Shown here piece by piece: positions 1-24,700 of a DNA stretch of 64,000 nucleotides. Every line of letters starts with the position of its first letter. Positions within the stretch are counted from its first letter, which is position 1. The position numbers were made by a program, and so were the translations under genes. Origin of the DNA: Felis catus (taxonomy: Eukaryota); NCBI RefSeq assembly GCF_018350175.1, contig NC_058369.1, positions 14,076,001 to 14,140,000 on the forward strand, in the 5' to 3' direction. The notes beneath the pieces were generated by a model, which did not search any database, had not been told where the DNA came from, and was given only the letters and a program-made list of their open reading frames with translations.

Positions 1-509
1 CCTGAGAGACAGAACGGTGGATTGAGGGCAGGCGAGGGCGTGACCCTCGGGCAGACGCCCGGTCACTCTGAGCTAATCACCGGCCTGAGTGTTTTCTGAT
101 TTAAAATCCAACAAAAATCCCTCACAGTTGGGTTCGCAGCCTTTGCCCACAGCTACAAGAGTCGGACCCGAGGAGCCATGGCACGCTGAGGGCGCTCCTT
201 GTACCAGTTCCACGAAGAACACCTAGGAAGTGGGAGCTCCGAGGATCAGCTGTCAGCCTCCTTCTCCCTCCGCAGTTCACAGAGAAGCCGCCTCCAAGAG
301 CAGACATCGTGTGGGGGTCTCCTGGTCAACTTGAGTGGGTTCTGGGGGTCCTAATGGCTTCTCTTCTGGATATGCCCTTGTCGGTGTTTCAGGCTGTTGG
401 GTGCTGCTCACTGTACCCCGACGTCATGGCTCGTAAGGTTGCCATAGGGCACACACCTGTGGAAACCCAGACACGAGGAGTCCAGGCCTGTGTCTGTGTC
501 TCAGGCTAA

Positions 510-13765
<13,256 letters not shown>

Positions 13766-13768
13766 AAG

Positions 13769-14356
13769 GCAAGCTGATCCCTGCAGGAGGTCGTCACCAG
13801 TAACTGGATTTGATGGGAGATTTGGGAAATGTGTGGGAGGGCTCTCAAGACCCCCAGAGGCCAGCTTGTCCTTTGAACTGTCATTTTCACTCCCTGTACA
13901 TCTGCTCATGGCAGTGGGAGGACGGGAGCTTCACACACACCTCTCTGCATCATAGTCCCTCCTGAGAGAGTCCTCGAACTCAGCGAGGAAGGGCTGGATG
14001 TGGGAGTCCTGGCGGAGGGGCACCTCTGCAGGAGGCCCTTCCAGGTTCCTTGAAAGCCCTGTCCTACGGTTCCCCTGACTGTGGCGTGACCAGAGCTGGG
14101 CGAGCATGGGCCTGGTCCCCTATCCGTGCGTGTGCTGGGGAGGTGGGGTGCTGGTGCCGCTGACAGAGGAGGCCCCTTAAACTCTCGGCTTCCTTCTCTC
14201 TGGGGGGGGGAGTCACTAGCCTGGGCACCCAGCTTCTGAGGTTCCATTTCACGGGTGCAAAGGGAAGTGGGGGGAAGAGCCCCGCACCTTCTAGCTGCCC
14301 AGCTGTGTGGGGCTCTGCCTTCTCTGATGGCCCCTTGCCTTCCTCCCTCCCCACAG
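13769..14356 (+). other. UPF1: GC-AG intron in the UPF1 3' UTR, starting 3 nt after the stop codon
   Basis: TAG AAG|GCAAGC donor; strong pyrimidine tract and CCACAG| acceptor at 14356. Confidence 0.85.
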
Positions 14357-16220
14357 GTGGCGGCGGAAGAGCTAAGCTATGTGGCTTAGTCCATCAGCAT
14401 CTTATTCTGGGTAATAAAAAATAAAAATAAATGGATACCTGTTTTCCACTGCTAAAACTGAAGCACCACTGTGAGCAACAGGAGAGGGAGAGGAGCACCC
14501 GAGGGAGAGAGGAGCCCGAGACAGAGCGAGCGCCCACTGCTGGCCCGCGGCGGCGAGGAGAAGGAGAAGGGAGAGCGGGAGGCGGGCGGCCACGGAGGAC
14601 CGCCCGCCAGCGAGCCCTGCCAGCCCCGCTCGCCAAGGAGGCCCAGCGCTCGCCGCGTCCACACCTGGGTCTGCGACCAGGGCGGAGGGAGGAAGACCCT
14701 CATCTCAGAGTAGCCCTTTCCTCTGTTCTTTTCTTTCTGTTTCTGTTTTATTGAAAGGGGACTACGTTTTAGCAGGAAAAACTTCGCATTTCTGTGCCGA
14801 GCAGGCTCCTTGCCGGGGCAGCCATGCCGGGAGAGCCCCGAGGAGGTGTGGGTTCTGTCCACACCAGCTCTGAAACTGCCCTGGTCACGCTGCCTGTGTT
14901 CTAAGAGGGTTTCATTTAAAGAAAACACGGTGTTTTGGGTTTTTCTGTTTGTTTTTTAAAGATTCTTTCAAAGGAGTACTGAAAAACATACTTTCCTGAG
15001 TTTGTCTCTCAAATCTTAGTGGTGGACCTGGAAGATGTGAGAAGCTTCCAGGAACGAAGTTTAAACAAGCCAACACATCTCAAGATTAGGATCAACACCT
15101 GTGACGGGATCGCGAGGAGGATTTTTGTTTTCAGTTTTAGCTTCCAGCGGCTTCTCCCTGCACGTCAGGGCGGTGAGAGAGCACCGTCTCGTCCCGGGCC
15201 AGGCAGCCCCAGTCTCCGCTGGACTCTGAGAAGCAAAGTGCTTCCTACACGCGGTGGACTCGCGCCCCAGCCACCCACCCTGGGAGGGGCCTTGGGCAGG
15301 ACTGGCTGTGAGGCCAGAGGGTGGGGAGGTGGCTATTCTCTGGCCAGTGGCTTCTTCCCTAGGGTCCTTCCTGAGGATTTGATGGAAGACAGCAGCAGCC
15401 AGGAGGACCCACCCCCAGGGAGGCACCCACGGTCCCCGTGGCTGGTTAGACACGCTGAGTGCCCCACTCACCTTGTTTTCTACCCCACCCTCCGAGTTGG
15501 GAGCCCCTCTACCTGTGGGCACAGGCGTGATAGGGTGGAGTGATTTCTGCTTTTTGGGGGGGAAAGGAGCATGTATCAGAAATAGGTTGGTTCTGTGCCG
15601 AAGGGGCTTGGGCCACAACACAAGAAGTTACTGTAGCTGGGAGAGCCACCCCCAGCTCCTTGCGCACCACGGTGGGGTAGTACTGTCTCCCTGGCAACCA
15701 CCTATTTGGGGACCATTCCCTGCCTATCCAGGCCCTGGTGACCCTGCCCCCCCCCCCCAGCTTCCCCGTCCCTGTGAGGCGAACACTGGCCCTGATCTCA
15801 AAGCCTCCAGATTCCAGCTTGTACGTGGGAGACGGGGACACACAGGCCACCTTCCTTCTGGCAAGGCCTCTTATTTATTACCATTGCTGTAGGGCTTTCG
15901 GTTTCCCCCTTCTTTTGATAGGCCACATAGAGGCATAGAGTTTGGATAGGTTTCCGCTATGACCCCTTGTGCGACACACCCCGTGGGCAACACCTGTGCC
16001 CACCCACCCACCCGCCCACCCACCTGCCCTGTTCTGTTCCCTTGGAATGCCTTGCCTCTGCTTTGTGCTGTTTGCTTTGTTCTTCACCTTCATAGCAGCA
16101 GTTGATTCTGAGTTTTCCAAATCAAGGAGCATATGTACCAAGGCAATGTAACTTTTGATTTCTGGTCAATTTGTTTTAAGCTCTATTGTCACCAATAAAA
16201 TCTTAATTAACAGCTCTTGT
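14357..16220 (+). other. UPF1: UPF1 terminal exon / long 3' UTR (~1.9 kb)
   Basis: Acceptor at 14356; distal AATAAA at 16194-16199 followed by GT-rich sequence; end coordinate approximate. Confidence 0.85.
16194..16199 (+). terminator. UPF1 distal polyadenylation signal
   Basis: AATAAA with upstream TGTA motifs and downstream TCTTGTGTT. Confidence 0.8.
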
Positions 16221-16571
16221 GTTCACACCGGGACAGATCAACTGCAGGGAGACGGCAGAGCACTTGGTCTGGGGACCTGGCTGGTTGGGAGCCTTGGGGT
16301 CACCTGGATGCCAAAGCTGAGAACGGCCCGATGTGCACAGCAGGGACTAGGGGGTGACCTCGGTGCAGTGGGCAGTTCCCAGGCTCTTAGGCATGTTAGA
16401 TGTCAGGCCGCCTAGAGATGGGGTTCTAGGAACCCAGCTCTAGGAGGGCTGGGCAGGTGGCATCACTGTGGGACACTCCCAAGCCCTGGCAGTGGGTGGT
16501 GATGGATGTGGCTGCTTCCTTTCCCGCCCTCAGGTGACCAGACCAGAGACAGGGAAGCGGACCACGCAGTG

Positions 16572-16577
16572 TTTATT
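16572..16577 (-). terminator. GDF1 / CERS1-GDF1 polyadenylation signal
   Basis: AATAAA on the minus strand ~22 nt after the GDF1 stop. Confidence 0.85.
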
Positions 16578-16599
16578 GTTGGGCCCCTGCCTGGCTCCG

Positions 16600-18373
16600 T
16601 CAGCGACAGCCACACTCATCCACCACCATGTCCTCGTAGTGCCGCAGTACCACATTGTCGCTGTTGTCAAAGAAGAGCACAGAGATGGGCGACAGACGCG
16701 CAGGCACGCAGCAGGGCAGACCGGCGGCACCGGGGGCGGCCGCGTGCATGAGCGCGCGCAGCACGGCGTGGTTGAGCGGGGGCGTCCCCCCGGGTCCGGA
16801 CAGCGCTGCGGGCAGCGAGCACTGGCCCTGGCAGTAGTTGGCCAGGAAGCCGCGCGGCGCAATGACCCATCGGTGCCAGCCCACCTCGCGGAAGCTCACG
16901 TAGAGCCGCCTCGTGCGACACGCGCCTCCAGGGCTGCCGCCCACTGAGGGCTCGGCTTCGCGCCGCGGCCGGGCCAGTGGGTGGCACAGGCGCGGGTCAA
17001 GCGTCACCAGCAGCAGCGAGGCCTCGGCCAGGTGCGCGCAGGCGGCGGGGGCCCGGGGGCGCAGCGCCAGCGCCAGGCGGAGGCTGCGAGGCGCCGAGGC
17101 ATTGTGGGCCCAGGCGGCGCCCAGCAGCTCGGCGCGCACCGGGGCCGTCAGGGTGGGCACCACCTGGCGGAGCAGCACGGGCCCAGCGACCGCGCCTTCG
17201 GCCGCCTGAGTCACGCTCAGCTCCCAGCCGGCCGGCTCCTCCGCGGCCGCCGCCGCCGCAAAGCGCATCTCCAGGCGGGCCCTGCTCGGGCGCTCGGCAG
17301 GTTCCACGGCTGACAAATCGAAGACGACGGTCCACTCAGGGCACTGCCCCGAAGCCCAGGCGGGCTCCGGGGGCCGGGTGGGCGCACCTGGGATGGCAGG
17401 GAGAGAGCTCGGCTCGCGCTGCACCCCAGCGCCCTGCCCGGCCTGCCCTCAGGGGGTCTGGGGGGGGGGGGCGGTGTCTCTGCGGGTGGGGGAAAGGTGA
17501 GCGCCTGGGGAAGAGGGGCGCCAAACTGCCTTCTAAAGGCGGCGTCAAATGGTGTGAAGTGGCGCGGGGGGGGGGGGGGGGGGAGGCGATGGAGTGGGGG
17601 CAGGGCATCGTTTGCAAGAAGTCCTGCCCAGCGCAGGGCAGCCTGCCCGCCAACCCCAGGCAGGGGAAGAGACGAACGGATGCCTGGGGGCTCGTGGGGA
17701 AGCGATGCTGGAGAGGTGGTATCTCCGGGAAAGGCATCAAATGGTGTGAAGCAGCGGGGGTGGGGGGTGGGGTGGGGGAGGTGGGGGCAGGGCTTCGGCT
17801 GCAAGCTGGGGGCCTTGCCGGGTGCAAGGGAGCCTGGCCTTGGGACAACTCGAACCGGTGCCCGCAGGTGTCCACGGGGGAAGAGCGGATGGAGTGAGGA
17901 GGCCCAGATTGCTCGTGGGCTGGACCGGACGAGTGGGGACACTCGGCGGTGCTCTGGCCTCCCCCACGCGGCGCTGGAGGCTCGTGGCAGGGCGCACAGA
18001 GGAGTCTCGGCCTCCCGGACACACGCCCCCAACGCAGGCCCCACTTACCGCGGTCCGAGATGTGGCGCACGATGTTTCCGGCGACCCCCAGTTCCTCCAT
18101 GTGGCACGGTCTCAGGGTGGTTCCCTGGGGCGTCCGCCGAGGGCCCACCCTGGCCTCCTGGGGGTCCCGGTGGCGGAAGAGGCGCCACATGACGGGGGGT
18201 ACGGGCCGGGGCGTGGGTGCGCCCCGGTGCGCGTCAGGCAGCCCGAGAGCCTGGAGCAGGGTGGCGGCGGGGCCCGGCGGCGCTGGGGCGCGGGCTGGGG
18301 GCGGCGAGGGCAGCAGCAGGGCCAGGAGGAGGAAAAGGACGCGGCGGCCAGGACGGCGGCACGGCGATGGCAT
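16600..18373 (-). CDS. GDF1: Embryonic growth/differentiation factor 1 (TGF-beta family), 370 aa
   Basis: complement(join(16600..17387,18049..18373)); signal peptide [15 protein letters not shown] cleavage site, cystine-knot mature domain [34 protein letters not shown]...CCVP...DECGCR. Confidence 0.98.
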
Positions 18374-18733
18374 CTTCCTCGCTGGCGGCGGCCGGACGAG
18401 TGCTCAGGGGCCTCCTGACTCCCCCGACCGGCAGGCTGGGGGGCGGGGCCGAGGTCCCTGGAGGGGCCAGGACAGAGGTCTGGGGCTGGGCGGGGTCAGG
18501 GTCCCGGGGGACGTGGCCGCGGTTCTGAAGCCCGAGGAAGGTAGACCCCGGGGGCGGGGTCTCGGGGGTACCGGGCAGGGGTCCAGGGGGAGGTGACGGG
18601 CAGTGGCCAGGGCCCAGGTGGGGCGGAGCTGGACGGAGCCAGAGTCCCGAGGGAGGGGCGTAGTCGGTCCCTGGAGGGGGGCGCGTGGTCGGGCGGGGCT
18701 GGGTCCTAAGGGATGCGAAGGCGGTCGAGGAGT
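18374..18733 (-). promoter_or_regulatory. CERS1-GDF1 intercistronic spacer (360 nt), GC-box rich
   Basis: Lies between the CERS1 TGA (18734) and the GDF1 ATG (18373) in one exon; no ATG on the sense strand; several GGGCGG boxes. Confidence 0.8.
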
Positions 18734-21700
18734 TCAGAAGCGCTTGTCTCTCACCAGGCCATTCCTCAGCGGCTTCCTAGAGGCCAGAACCGGGCCGCGG
18801 TTAGCCCCGGGCCCCATGCCCCACATACTGCCCTGTCCCGACTGCCTTGCCCTCCACTTCTCTTCTTCCTACCCGGCGGGGGCTCACCTGGGTCCTTCTT
18901 CCCTTCCCACAGGGCCAGAAGACCTTGCCTTCCGCCCACTGGGCATGGCGTAAACCCTCCTCTCTCCTCCCTCCTGAGCCATCCACAGCCCGGCCGCTGG
19001 AAAGTAAAAGCCCTCCGCCTGACTTCCGTCTTCTGCACCTTAATTTTCCAAAAACGCAACGCTGAAATCGCACCAATGTGCCCCACTGCTCTCTGTAAAT
19101 TCCATTTCCCCTGCCTGTATCAGTGGCAGGTCTCTGGGGTTCCGACTGGGAGGGGACCTGGGCACTGGGGGTCTGCCCACGACCATCTTACCAGATTCAA
19201 CAAGGGTCTCTGCCCCCGCTCCTTGGTGCTTTTGCCAGTGCCTGCTGGTGCGGAAACCGCATCTTACTGTGGCTTAATGGTCACGGTATTGCCTGTTCCT
19301 TTTCCCACTTAGGCGAGCCCTTCCTGTCCTTGCACGTGGTCTGTCTCCGCAGAAGTGGATTCCACCTTCTGGTTTACATACAAATGTATCAAGTTTCTTG
19401 AGCTGGTAATATATTCTCAGGATCCAGACATCAGAAAGAATAGAAAACTCGTCCTGCGACTCGGCCTCGGGGTCTTGTTTCTGTGTAGTGCTTTACACAA
19501 GTCTTGCTGGTGTCTCACAGATACTAGCCTACAGGGGTATCGCCATCCCCTCACTTTGCAGAGCAATCTAGCTCAGAGACCCTTTCATGTAAGGATCTAC
19601 ACTGGACATGAACTCAGTCACTTCGATCCATTCTTCCCTTGGGCTAGACCCACTGGATTCCCTTCCTGGGAGCACGCATCCCATCCTCTGCCCCCTTTCC
19701 CGTGGTTGGCTCTCTCTCTTTCTCTCTCTGCAACCGCCAGGGGCCCTTGACCTGTGAGTTTATAGATGAGCCCTATGTGGGCCTCCCATCTGCCCTTGCT
19801 CTTCTGGCTTTGCCTGCTGGCTCCCTGAGCAGAGCAGAGGTGGGGTTCCCAGCTTCTGGACTGTTCTCGTAGTTCCAACTGCTAGACGACACGATCTCCC
19901 TTTCGGGCTCTGGTTTCATTTCACAGCCTCTGCTTGGCCACGATATCTGACCCGTGGGGAGTTTGCCCTCGGGCTGATTCGAGATCCCACGAAGGTTTGC
20001 TCTCCTCCGGATGGTTACCAAGTATTCTGACAGCTCCTGCCTCCCAGTGATCTTTAGGACTAGAGTCTATTCTATTTACGGACTCAGCTCTGTTTCGGTT
20101 TCTATATATTATGTTTAATACCTTCAAGGATGGGTACCCTGACACGTGCCTTTTTATCAGAACTTTCCCAATGATGCCGGTCTATTTTTCTGTACAAGCT
20201 TCCAAGCACCCCTCCCCCTCAAAACTAGTGTCAGTATTTGGGGGGGGGGGATGCGTGGCTTCTCTATGATGTCAGATTTATGCTTTTCAGGTTCATTGTA
20301 CCACTATGGGGAAAAAAGAATCGGAACAAGGGCGGAAGCTAGAGGGTGATGAATGAGGGCAGGCAGCGTCTCGGGTGGATTCTGGATGTTTCCTCAGAGG
20401 TAAGGAAGAGAGGGAGTGAGGGAACCCCCTAGGGCTTGGCCAGGTCTTCACCCTGAGTTTCCTTCAACCGCAACGGAAAAACTATTCCGGAGAGGATGTT
20501 TGGGGTGGGAATGGGGGCTGGTTCCGGATGTTTTCAAAGACGCTAGGGATGTCAAGCAGACCTGGAGACGGAGATTGGTGCACAGAGGAGCACCGTGAGC
20601 TGGGAGAGAAACTTGGAAGTTGGGGTGAATGAAATGAAAGGGGCCTGGGAGGGGGGGGGGGAAGGCCAGCAGGGAAATGGTGGTGGGTACCGTGGGGCAG
20701 GTCAGCGGAGCGAGTGTGGGGTGAGGAGGGCCCCCCCCCATGGCTGCTGATCTGGGCGGAGCCTGAGGCGATGATGGGGGCTTCAGACGGAGGGGCTGGG
20801 TGGGGGGCACTTGAGCTGTGTAAGTCCCCGATGGTGGTCTGCCAGATGACCAGGGGCTCTGGGAGGGAGAAGGGGTGAGAAGAGAGAGAGAATGAGGCCG
20901 AGCACAGTGAGGAAGGGGGTGGTGCTACCTTGCTGGCACGGTTTTTGCAGCTCCCGAATTAAAAGTGGTCCCCGTCGTCATTCGTTGCTGTTCTCCAACC
21001 TCACCGCATTTTTGTCTATGAAGCCTGCACGATCCTGGTTCTGAGTGCTTGAGATTTCCCCCGGGGGCTGGGTTTGGTCAGTTGTGAGAAATGCCCTGTG
21101 CTTCAAAAGGACATCTGTTCACCCTGCTTCTGGGCGGCTTGTGAGCCCAGACCACTTCCCTCAGTCCCCTCAAGTGGAGATTCTGGGTTGTACACTGTGG
21201 AACGTTCCAGATCAAGAATGCCACCTGAATTTCTTGTCCCATCCTTTTACTCGCAACTTTCACGTACTCTGGACTTGAAGTCTTTTAACCAGTACAGAGG
21301 TGGATATTGAAGGAAAAAAAAAGTCTTGCAACCATTATGATTATTTCATGCGTATGCGTATTTGGATGCGTGATATTTGGGATTCTACCCTCTTCTTTTG
21401 CATTACTTATCCTGCTTTCACTAACCTTTTTTGCATTTATTTTGTGGTACCTGTTTTTTTTTTTTTTTTTTTTCCGGGCTGCCCTCTATGCCCCAATAGC
21501 ATTAACAGAAGTATTTACCATCTGCTAACGGCAAAACCCTACCCTCCTGCCAAGTGCAAAGGCCCCAACCCCATTTTGATATTTACTACATCAGGTCTCA
21601 CTTTCTTTCTTTTTTTTTTATTTTTAAATTTTTTTACATTTATTTATTTTTGAGACAGACACACAGCATGAGTGGGGGAGGGGCAGAGAGCAAGGGAGAC

Positions 21701-24700
21701 ACAGAATGGGAAGCAGGCTCCAGGCTCTGAGCTGTCAGCACAGAGCCCGATGTGGGGCTTGAACTCACAAACCGTGAGATCATGACCTGAGCCGAAGTCG
21801 GTCGCTCAACCGACTGAGCCACCCAGGCGCCCCTCACTCTCTTTAAATATCAAATTAGGCATTTAAAATTTTTCACCCAGGTATGTATCATTTCATCTGC
21901 TGATCTGCCTCTTGGGATAGTGTTTCTGTTTTCTGAAATATACCCATCGAGATCTATGGACGGTACATTTTCATAGGTTTCGTTCTTGTGGGTGTCCTAT
22001 CTCTGGAGTCATTGTTTTTATTTAAAGATTTTATTCATTTTTAAAAGTAAACTCTATATTCAACGAGGGGCTCAAACTCATGACCCTGAGGTCAAGAGTC
22101 TTGTGCTCCACTGGCTGAGCCAGCCAGGCGTCCTCGAGCAAATGCCGTCAAAATTGTGTATGAAGGGGGCACCTGGGTGGCTCAGTCGGTTAAGCGCCCG
22201 ACTCTTGATGTCGGTCCTGGTTATCATCTCACGGTTCGTGGGATCGAGCCCCACGTTGGGCTCTGCGCTGATAGGGCGGAGCCTGCTTGAGATTCTCCCT
22301 CTCCTTCTGTCCCTCCCCCACTCATGAGCGTGCGCGTGCTCTCTCTCTCTCTCTCTCTCAAAAAAAAAAAAAAAAAATTCGTGTGAAATTCCCAGTTGCT
22401 TCAGGACTTGACATGCTAGTTTTCTCCACGGTCGTCCAGCGTCCCTCGCTGCTGTTAGTGTTACGGTTCATTGGCCATCTTTTCTGGGGCTGTTTTGCAT
22501 TTTTCACCGTGGTGTGTTTGGGGCCTGGATGTCTTTTTACTCGTCCTCTTTATGATTTACATCTTTACATCTGGAAAATGCTCCACGTTACATCTTCTCA
22601 TACGGTCTCTCTCTGTTCTCCTGTGAGAACTCAGCTAGCCCAGGCGATTCTTAGAATTCTAGCTGTCGTATTTTCCAACTGTCTTCACTGTCTTCTGAGC
22701 CACTCGTTCACAGCTTTTCAGTTAGCGATTCTCTCTTCAGCTGTATCTAATTGTACGAGTCTTAACATGCACAGCAGGGTAAGGAGTGGTCCCCAAAAAG
22801 GTACGTCCACCTCCTAATCTCTGGCACCTGTGAATGTGACTTTATTTGGGAAAGAAGGTCTCTGCAGATGTAAGTGAAGGGATCTGGGATGACCTCATCC
22901 TGGCTTTAGGGTGGGCCCTAAATCCAAGGACAAGTGTCCTTACAAGAGAGAAGAGCCAGAGAGGAGAAGGTCATGCGCAGACAGAAAATGGAGATTGGGG
23001 TGATGCGGAGAAACACCTGGAGTCCCCAGAAGCTGGAAGAGACAAGGAAGGATCCTCTGCTAGAGACGTCAGAGGGAGCACGGCCCTGCTGGCAGTTTTA
23101 GACTTCTGGTCTCCAGAACCGTGAGGGATAAACTTCTGTTGTTTTAAAGCTCCCCCAACGTGTGGTACTTTGTTACGAGGGCCCCGGCAACGTAAAATGA
23201 CATCCAACGTCATTGGTGATGGTTTTTCACGCCTTTTGTTTTTCTTAGTAAGATTTTTATTTTCGGATAATTGTAGATTGGCAGAGATGTTGCAAAGACG
23301 GTACGGGGAGCTCGGGTGTAGCCCTCACCCAGCCTCCCTCAATGTTACACATCTTACACCTCCACAGTGTATTTGTCACACTAGGAAACCAAGGCTGGGA
23401 CAGTGCTGTGAACTAAGTGTGGGTCTTATTTGGATTTTGCCAGTTTTTCCACGGATGTCCTTTTTCTGGTCCGTGATCCCACACTGCATTCAGTCACCGT
23501 GTCTTCTTAGTCTCCTCTGACCTGGGACAGTTCCTCAGCCTCCTTGTTTTCCATGACCTGATGGTTTGGAGGCGTCCTGACCACTTTTCTGTAGCACGTT
23601 CCACATGCTCCTTGCTTTTTATCCCATTCCATTTTATACCCAACTGAGCTAACTCTAGCCAACCTTGGGGAACTTGGTTCTTCTGCTGGTGATGCCCATG
23701 GGGTCGATCGTGGCAGCGTGTTCCCTGGTATGCCCTGCCATTTGTGCACAGAGTTTGTACTTTGATCCTACTGGAAATGCTGGCCAGGTGCCAGCTCCTC
23801 AACGCACATTCTGGCTGGGCATTCTCAGGGCAGACAGAGGAGGGGGCAGCACTGAGCAGGGCTGGGTGGTCTGGCCTGCTCTTTGCCTTGGGCTCTGCAT
23901 TGCAAGGACATCTCCACCAGGAGTTCACTAGTTTACAGCAGGAAGATCTTTCGGGTTTTTAGTTTTGGCCAAGCGGGTGCTCCCCTCTCCCACCCCTGGA
24001 GTTCTCTTTAGCCGTTGCTTTTTCTGGAAGCCGCTGAGGGTTGGTCAGACTCTTCGGCGAGACCTCACTGAAGTCTTTATGGAATGGCCAATTCATGTTC
24101 CCTGGACATCGGACGATCTAACATCCCCCAAACTAGACTCTTAGTCCCCCTCTGCCAGTGCACACAGCCCTGAAGTCTTGGATTGTCTTTGTTTCTTTTT
24201 ATTTGTTTCGCCTAAAACAGCACAGTTGGGATCTCATCACTCTCCTCCTCCCACTATGGCCCCTGTGCCCACCTGCCCCGATGACAGTGACGGCCTCGTG
24301 ATGATCAGTCACCTTGGCCAACAGGCCCACACACAACCCAGCTGGGGAGACCACACCTGCTGCCCAGCCTCTCATGTCTGTGACCCCTGCTCACCCGTCT
24401 GGTCCCTCTCTGCCCTGGGTGCCAGCTCTTTGGCCTTAGCAGCCCCCACTTGTAGTCTCCTGCTTTGAGGGTGCAAAGTGCTTTTATTCATGTGAACCAG
24501 CCACAGAGCCCTCCTCTGATTCAGCTCTCCGCTCTGCTAATCCTCCAGTTCTCTGCTCCCCTGCCTCTGAACTCCAAGGAGATGTTTTAAATCTCTGCTT
24601 CTCTCACCCTCCTCACTGCCCGTTCTGACCTATCTCATCGAGCTCTGAGCCCACTGCTTCCCTGAAACCACCTTTCCCAGGTCGTTCACTGACGAGGCCT

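Noticed and set aside
16468..18596. Many long overlapping ORFs (up to 345 aa) around GDF1
   Set aside because: Stop-poor GC-rich sequence; they are antisense or alternative frames, or intron read-through of real GDF1 exons, with no recognisable domains
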